Below, piece by piece: positions 58,408-64,000 of a DNA stretch of 64,000 bases; positions within the stretch are counted from its first letter, which is position 1, and each line of letters opens with the position of its first letter. The notes below the pieces were generated by a model. It saw nothing but the letters and a program-made list of their open reading frames with translations, was not told the DNA's origin and searched no databases. Origin of the DNA: an uncultured Fluviicola sp. (GTDB lineage Bacteria > Bacteroidota > Bacteroidia > Flavobacteriales_D > Crocinitomicaceae); contig CBIHOM010000010.1 in NCBI GenBank assembly GCA_966212075.1, positions 50,573 through 114,572 on the forward strand, in the 5' to 3' direction. A program made the translations under genes and the position numbers.

Positions 58408-58926
58408 ATGATCAGTTACAAAGAGCGTTTAAACCACATTTCTACTTTCATTTTTGACATTGATGGTGTTTTGACTGACGGAACAGTTTATCCATACCAT
58501 GGAGAATTATTGCGCGGCTTATCTTCCAAAGACGGGTATGCGATCCAATATGCCGTAAAAAAAGGATACAAAGTTTTTATCATTACTGGCGGGAATTCCG
58601 AAGACGTGAAAACGAGTTTGATACATTTGGGAGTTACAGAAGTTCATCTGCGCTCTTCTCATAAAGTACAGGTTTATGAACAGCTAAAAGAAAAACATGG
58701 ATTCCGAGACGAAGAAGTCCTGTATATGGGAGACGACCTTCCTGATTACCAGGTGATGCAACTGGTTGGAATGGCAGCTTGCCCGCAGGATGCTGCCATT
58801 GAGATCAAACACATTTCACATTATCAATCTCCTTATATGGGAGGAAAAGGATGTGTAAGGGACATGATCGAGCAGACACTTCGCGTTCAGAACGATTGGT
58901 TTCATGAAGAAGCGTTTGTTTGGTAA
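58408..58926 (+). CDS. kdsC: KdsC/YrbI-family HAD phosphatase
   Basis: FDIDGVLTDG, DGYAI, IITGG, YMGDDLPD, GGKGCVRD. Confidence 0.85.
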   Translation: MISYKERLNHISTFIFDIDGVLTDGTVYPYHGELLRGLSSKDGYAIQYAVKKGYKVFIITGGNSEDVKTSLIHLGVTEVHLRSSHKVQVYEQLKEKHGFRDEEVLYMGDDLPDYQVMQLVGMAACPQDAAIEIKHISHYQSPYMGGKGCVRDMIEQTLRVQNDWFHEEAFVW

Positions 58927-58971
58927 CGTGAAACACAACATAAAATTATAGGGACGCAAAGTATTACGTCC

Positions 58972-59949
58972 CTACTGTTTTTTATTTTCCCGCTTTTCCT
59001 GCCGGGCATCTTTACGTTCCTCCCTTTTATCCTTTCGCTGGTCTTTTTTTCGTTCTTTTTCACGCTTCTTTTCTGCTTTTTTCTTCTGCTCGTCCACCAA
59101 TTCCATCTTACCGGTAGCAAAAATGACAGTCGGGATCCGCTTCATTTTGCCGGCATCCATATAACCGCTCAGCATTAAATGAAACGTAACGCGGTCCTTG
59201 TCTCCCCAAATCTTGAAAATAGTTGCTAAAGGATGTTTCATTTTCAGGTTCAGGGGAAGTTTCAATACCTGTGATGACTGTGGACGGATAGAAACATCCC
59301 GTGGGAATTTTCCCTTAGATGCCAGATCATCGCCTATGGATATTTCGTATTGTAAGTCATGAAGATCCAATGACAAATTTTTTCCTTCATTGACGATTCC
59401 TAAAAAAAGCTGTGCCTGGATATCCTTTTTGAACAATTTGACTTTTCGATTCGTTTTAAGGACTTTGAACTTCGGAGGAACCGGAACTTCAATCTTTTTA
59501 CTTTTAATAAAAGGAATCTTGAGCCCTGAATAAACGATCGTTGCCTGGATACTGATCCCCGTTGAGTCCTGTCCCTGCAAACTTTGAATCTTATTCTTGG
59601 TATGGGTGATCGGGATCTTCACAGAAAACGTCACTGAATCAGCTTCTCCGCTTTCCTGTCGCAAACCGACATAATTACTTGTGGATACCAGGAGGGTTCC
59701 TCCCAGTGCCAGGTCGCAGACAACGCTGTCAATGTTCATTTCATACGGTGCCTTGTTGACAACAATCGTATTTACTTCAATAAAAGCAGTATCCTGGTGA
59801 ATATCAGCCTTTATCAAAGTTATTTCTGTTACTTCGGGAAGTAACAAATTGAGCATTTTTTGTTTCTGAATAAAGAGGTAGATGAAATATCCGCCAATTC
59901 CCAGGAACAAAATCAGTAATATAGGCCAGAGTCGAATTTTGAGAATCAT
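58972..59949 (-). CDS. Membrane-anchored LEA_2 (WHy)-like protein, two domains, charged tail
   Basis: N-terminal TM; VNKAPYEMNI and VNEGKNLSL..YEI segments resemble LEA_2 NPN-type strands. Confidence 0.6.
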   Translation of the reverse strand: MILKIRLWPILLILFLGIGGYFIYLFIQKQKMLNLLLPEVTEITLIKADIHQDTAFIEVNTIVVNKAPYEMNIDSVVCDLALGGTLLVSTSNYVGLRQESGEADSVTFSVKIPITHTKNKIQSLQGQDSTGISIQATIVYSGLKIPFIKSKKIEVPVPPKFKVLKTNRKVKLFKKDIQAQLFLGIVNEGKNLSLDLHDLQYEISIGDDLASKGKFPRDVSIRPQSSQVLKLPLNLKMKHPLATIFKIWGDKDRVTFHLMLSGYMDAGKMKRIPTVIFATGKMELVDEQKKKAEKKREKERKKDQRKDKREERKDARQEKRENKKQ

Positions 59950-61202
59950 GGTTTCTTTTTTCGTTCACTTTTACGTTTGGTGCGTTTTTCTTTTCGGGTC
60001 TCTTTCTTTTTGGAATCCCCTCCGAATATTTTTTCCAAAAAGGTTTTCTTCCCACCTGGCTCCAGCTTATTGATGTTGATAGAATTATCCATTGCCGGAC
60101 GAAGTGCATGGAGAAAAGCATTACGAAGTACATAGCTGATCGCACGCCAGGTATTCAGATCCGCGTTATCAAATGTTCCACCGAATTCTACCTTCGTAGC
60201 GAGTTGTTCTTTACGTTGGTTTTGAAGAACTTCTGCAGCACTCGCGACCAATGTTTCCCAAAGGATTTGTTTGAAATCACCTTCCTGCTTATTCCATTGC
60301 ACTACATCCAGGTCTTTTAAAAACGGTTTCACATACCCGCCGAATTTACCTTCTTTGGCTGCAAATTCACCATACATACTGAAGGTTCCTTTCTTGACGT
60401 CAAAATTTCCATATTCCCGAAGCATATCATTAAGCAGTACGAGGTTTAAACCTTTCATAGAAGTGTTCATATCAAAAGTGGGCTTTTTGGCCAACCCGTC
60501 GAATTTGGCATTTAAGGCAAATTTTCCTTCGTAAGCCTCTCCCGAAGCTTTAAGCGTTGCTGGGAGTAACTCCTTGCTATCTGTTACATTGGTTAGGTTT
60601 GTTGCCGTAATATTGAGATTTTTCATGGCAACATCCAACTTTGGTTTAGCTCCTAAATCCCGGTAATGGACTTCCCCATTGTGAATATCGAAACGGTTGA
60701 TCGTTACCGGCATCAAATCATCCACCAATTGTGCAAAATCCGCGGTATCAGCCTTTACATCCTCTCCTTTGTGCCTCTCTTTTACAAAGTTAACCACCGG
60801 TTCCTCCACACCAATCTCACCAACAATGGAACCATGAAAAATTGCACGCCATTCGATAGAGAGATCAATAGCAGGTGATTTAAAGAAAGGAATCGTATCT
60901 TTTTCTCCAGTCTTTCCTTTTTTCTCTACACGCTTCAGGAGTTTGATATCTTTAATCACATAAGCACCACGGTAAAGATGGATATCGATATCTTCCACAT
61001 GTCCGTAGTATTCCTCAAGATTCTCCAGCTTATTGTTTACATATTTCAGGACGATATAAGGCAAAATGAGCCGGAAAACAACCAATACGAGAATAATGGA
61101 TCCCCAGATGATCCAGCGTTTTCTTCTTCTTTTTTTGCGTTCTTCCGGAGTCATCGCTTTCTTGCGCTCTTTCCGGGTCATTGGTGTTTGCTTCTTTTCC
61201 AT
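59946..61202 (-). CDS. DUF748 (AsmA-like) protein
   Basis: Basic N-terminus + TM; GHVEDIDIHLYRG, NGEVHYRD, FGGYVKP, LRNAF. Confidence 0.8.
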   Translation of the reverse strand: MEKKQTPMTRKERKKAMTPEERKKRRRKRWIIWGSIILVLVVFRLILPYIVLKYVNNKLENLEEYYGHVEDIDIHLYRGAYVIKDIKLLKRVEKKGKTGEKDTIPFFKSPAIDLSIEWRAIFHGSIVGEIGVEEPVVNFVKERHKGEDVKADTADFAQLVDDLMPVTINRFDIHNGEVHYRDLGAKPKLDVAMKNLNITATNLTNVTDSKELLPATLKASGEAYEGKFALNAKFDGLAKKPTFDMNTSMKGLNLVLLNDMLREYGNFDVKKGTFSMYGEFAAKEGKFGGYVKPFLKDLDVVQWNKQEGDFKQILWETLVASAAEVLQNQRKEQLATKVEFGGTFDNADLNTWRAISYVLRNAFLHALRPAMDNSININKLEPGGKKTFLEKIFGGDSKKKETRKEKRTKRKSERKKKP

Positions 61203-61393
61203 GGCAATTGTTTTAGAATTGTGATGGTAATCGGTACAAACCCAGATTATAGTAAAGGAGTGGAAATTTACTTAGGAGAAAAGATAGGGAAAAGGGATGG
61301 ATTGTTTTTTACACAAAAAGTTAATTTTCCTAAACAATCAAATTTGTTTCTTCTTCCTTTTTCCAAAGCCCAAAAGGAGGACTATTGGTCTGT

Positions 61394-62278
61394 CTACTCT
61401 TTCGCACCGTAAGTTTTTGCAACCTCGATCCAATGTTCGGACAAGCCTTTGGCATCTGCCCCGATGGCGTGTGCTAAAAACAAAGCCAATGCCATCATCA
61501 ATTCAGACGTTTCGCGAATGGAGTCAAGCGTTATCAGACTGGCTGATTGTTCCTGGATTTGCTCATTCAGGAGTTTATTGTGAGCCTCGACGAAACCAAC
61601 AAGCTCGTCGGGTCGTTTTTCCAAGTCGGGAATCATAAGTAAATCCAACCATTTAACCGGAATCTGCCGGCTCAATGCAACAATATCCATCTCTCCCAAT
61701 CTCCGCCAGGAAGCGAGCGTTTGAGTATCACCTGATTCAGCCAAACCGGTATCAAGCAGCAGTTCAAAGGAAATATCTGCCAGGTTCTGCATGATCTCCA
61801 GGTAAGCATCCTGTGCCTCTTCGAAAACTGCTGTTTCTTGCCCGAGTAAATATTCTTCCACGGTCAATTTAGGCAGATCGAGCACTTCCGGACATTCTTT
61901 CAAACACGGGAAGTCAACACCTTCATGCATGTATTGCGCCGTTCCGTTTTGAATTTGCCGACCCAATGGAAACAAGCGGCAAGCCAATGGCCGTGCCGGG
62001 TGTACACTGCATCCTGTTCCTTCTTCGTACAATCCGCAGGAAAGTTTACCCGTCTGATTAGCTTTTCCGTTAAATAACAAAATGATTCCGGATGCCTGGG
62101 TATGATTTTTTCTGAATTCCTGCAAGGACATTCCCTTTGCTTGTGCCAGGCGCATCAACTCCCAGGGATTAAGCCGCACCCGGTTTCCATGACAGCAGGT
62201 ACCGGAACGCGAACAGGTTAAGGGAAGAGAATCTGAAAGATGAAGTATTGTATTTTGCACGAAAAAGGTAAAGATCAA
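61394..62278 (-). CDS. YkgJ-family cysteine-cluster protein
   Basis: CSRSGTCC, CGLY..CSVHPARPLACRLFP, CLKECP; start may be GTG at 62260. Confidence 0.85.
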   Translation of the reverse strand: MIFTFFVQNTILHLSDSLPLTCSRSGTCCHGNRVRLNPWELMRLAQAKGMSLQEFRKNHTQASGIILLFNGKANQTGKLSCGLYEEGTGCSVHPARPLACRLFPLGRQIQNGTAQYMHEGVDFPCLKECPEVLDLPKLTVEEYLLGQETAVFEEAQDAYLEIMQNLADISFELLLDTGLAESGDTQTLASWRRLGEMDIVALSRQIPVKWLDLLMIPDLEKRPDELVGFVEAHNKLLNEQIQEQSASLITLDSIRETSELMMALALFLAHAIGADAKGLSEHWIEVAKTYGAKE

Positions 62279-62321
62279 AGGTAGAAAAATCCGGAATCAC
62301 TTCGATGGTTCATTACTTATC

Positions 62322-62483
62322 CTACTCTTTCGGATAAGAAACCAGCTCCTCCGCAGTCTTGAAACGGAAGAAGCACTGCTCATCCGGGTTTTCATCAAAA
62401 ACAAAATGCCTTAGATCATTTATTTCATCTTCTTTCTCCACGAAAATATAGATTGGAATATACACTTCACCACTTCTTGCCAA
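62322..62483 (-). CDS. Possible small acidic protein or gene fragment (53 aa, TTG start)
   Basis: LARSGEVYIPIYIFVEKEDEINDLRHFVFDENPDEQCFFRFKTAEELVSYPKE, in a 264-nt gap below the ORF-track cutoff. Confidence 0.3.
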   Translation of the reverse strand: MARSGEVYIPIYIFVEKEDEINDLRHFVFDENPDEQCFFRFKTAEELVSYPKE

Positions 62484-62542
62484 TACAGCCTATTAAAATA
62501 AGCAACTTTATTATTAAAGCCGGGACTGATTGTTGAATCATT

Positions 62543-64000
62543 CTAAAGCTTCATTAGCTTACCGGAATACCAGTTCCCGTCTGACTTGTACCTCAAGATA
62601 TAGGTCCCTTTTTCCCAGGAAGTTGTTTCGATAGCTGAAATTGCTGTGGATGAAGAATATACCTTTTTCCCGGTCAAATCAAGTATTTCAACAGATTCCA
62701 GGGATCCGGAAGTTTCTATCTGAAGAGATTCTGTGAACGGATTCGGATAAATCGAAACATCCGGGTCGTTTTCCAGATCTTCCACTTTCAGAATACTGTA
62801 GACTGTAGGAGCCGCATTGGAGGGAAACGCATTGTCATTGCCCAATTTTACAATAAACAAAGAGCTTCCTCCCGTACTGAAACCAGGATCCGAATGGTAA
62901 CCTACCAAAACGGCATATCCATCATTGGTTTGAATGATCTGGTTCATTTGGTCTTGTCCAGTGGCATTGTAGCCTCCTCCATAACCTGCCCAGAAAAATG
63001 CAGGATAAAAACAGTTAATCACAAAATCTTCTCCACCTGCATAGGAATACTGCGGATCATTTCCCTGTGTCACGACAAAATACCGGTCACCCGGAGGTGC
63101 CGTATAATTCACGAATCCGGTATAACGACTAGGATATTGTGAATAACCATCATCGTTTGAAAGATAGCTTCCGGAAGTTGTAAAGAATATGTGATAGTTA
63201 TCTGTATCCGTTTTGCCGACTTTTGTTCCTTCGCCCACGCACTTTAGCTGATTGGAAACCAATTGAATGTCATTCAGAATATATTCCCCGTTACTTCCTG
63301 TTAAAGTATCCCAAAGCATGGAACCATCCATGTGGTAATACCCGATGTATGCTTTCGATTTGAGTGAATCGGCCAGATAACCTGTTCCCACAACTGCAAA
63401 TGTTGTATCGGTTACCATCACCCCTTTATTAAAATAATCCACTCCTGCTCCTCCTTCCTGATGGCTCCAAATCTCGTTTCCATCTTTGTCAATGCGAACG
63501 AAATACTGATCTTCCGTTTGTTCGGGATTCGCATCTGTTTCACCCAACATCACGATACTTGTATCCGGCAATAAAAATGCATCATGGAATCGCTCCCAGC
63601 CCCCGTTGTCGTACCATTTTTCCCATTGCTGGTTTCCTGCCAGATCAGTAAATACAACATACCCGTCAAAACCTCCGGTCCCATTGCTGGAAGAAGTCCC
63701 GACGATGTAATACCCATAATTCGCAACGAAAAGAACTCGCCTGCCTTCCTCGAATTCCGCTCCTCCGTATTGTTTAGACCAAACATGATAACCTTGTTTG
63801 TTCAGTTTCAATAAGAAAGCCTGAGACGGAGCATCTTCGAAACTGGAAGAAGATCCGGTAACAATATAACTGCTATCCGGTAATTGAGCTACTCCTTCAG
63901 CTTTATCGTATCCCTGCCCGCCAAAAACACGGTAAAACGCGATTTGTCCTTTGGATTCCAGCGAACACATCAATAACAATAAGAAAGCGATATATTTTAG
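62543..64000 (-). CDS. T9SS type-A cargo with beta-propeller-like repeats, 5'-truncated by the window
   Basis: Frame open to 64000 (LKYIAFLLLLMC...); repeated W.K.YGG...D motifs; C-terminal IYPNPF..GTYIL. Confidence 0.9.
   Translation of the reverse strand, partial: LKYIAFLLLLMCSLESKGQIAFYRVFGGQGYDKAEGVAQLPDSSYIVTGSSSSFEDAPSQAFLLKLNKQGYHVWSKQYGGAEFEEGRRVLFVANYGYYIVGTSSSNGTGGFDGYVVFTDLAGNQQWEKWYDNGGWERFHDAFLLPDTSIVMLGETDANPEQTEDQYFVRIDKDGNEIWSHQEGGAGVDYFNKGVMVTDTTFAVVGTGYLADSLKSKAYIGYYHMDGSMLWDTLTGSNGEYILNDIQLVSNQLKCVGEGTKVGKTDTDNYHIFFTTSGSYLSNDDGYSQYPSRYTGFVNYTAPPGDRYFVVTQGNDPQYSYAGGEDFVINCFYPAFFWAGYGGGYNATGQDQMNQIIQTNDGYAVLVGYHSDPGFSTGGSSLFIVKLGNDNAFPSNAAPTVYSILKVEDLENDPDVSIYPNPFTESLQIETSGSLESVEILDLTGKKVYSSSTAISAIETTSWEKGTYILRYKSDGNWYSGKLMKL

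Overview
Chromosomal window from a Bacteroidota (Flavobacteriales) bacterium. The evidence is type IX secretion (T9SS) cargo genes, TAnnTTTG-like -7 promoter boxes and A-rich start contexts; a Fluviicola/Crocinitomicaceae-like affiliation is my inference. About 1-17 kb is accessory and signalling-rich. It holds three TPR-sensor two-component systems of three different kinase/regulator classes, an orphan receiver protein, several hypothetical genes, a beta-helix T9SS adhesin and tRNA-Lys(TTT). A degenerate copy of the tRNA 3' end at 9084 suggests a decayed tRNA-anchored island. 18-28 kb is one 3324-aa T9SS adhesin with 14 FG-GAP motifs and 33 Ig-like repeats. 28-64 kb is mostly housekeeping (RecD-like helicase, rsmD, coaD, msrA, aroB, proline dehydrogenase, hemF, guaA, secA, KdsC-like phosphatase), with at least six distinct families of intergenic palindromic repeats. 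Best candidate for an undescribed system: the minus-strand module 3360-7088. It comprises an unknown 139-aa protein ending GPKTSRGIMTSVRTTEN, a TPR histidine kinase, a LytTR regulator, a perfect 11-bp direct repeat with 21-bp period beside a -7 box, and an unknown 139-aa protein made of two 59-aa repeats. No CRISPR array, reverse transcriptase, integrase or transposase gene was seen. All family assignments come from motif recognition by eye; no database was searched.
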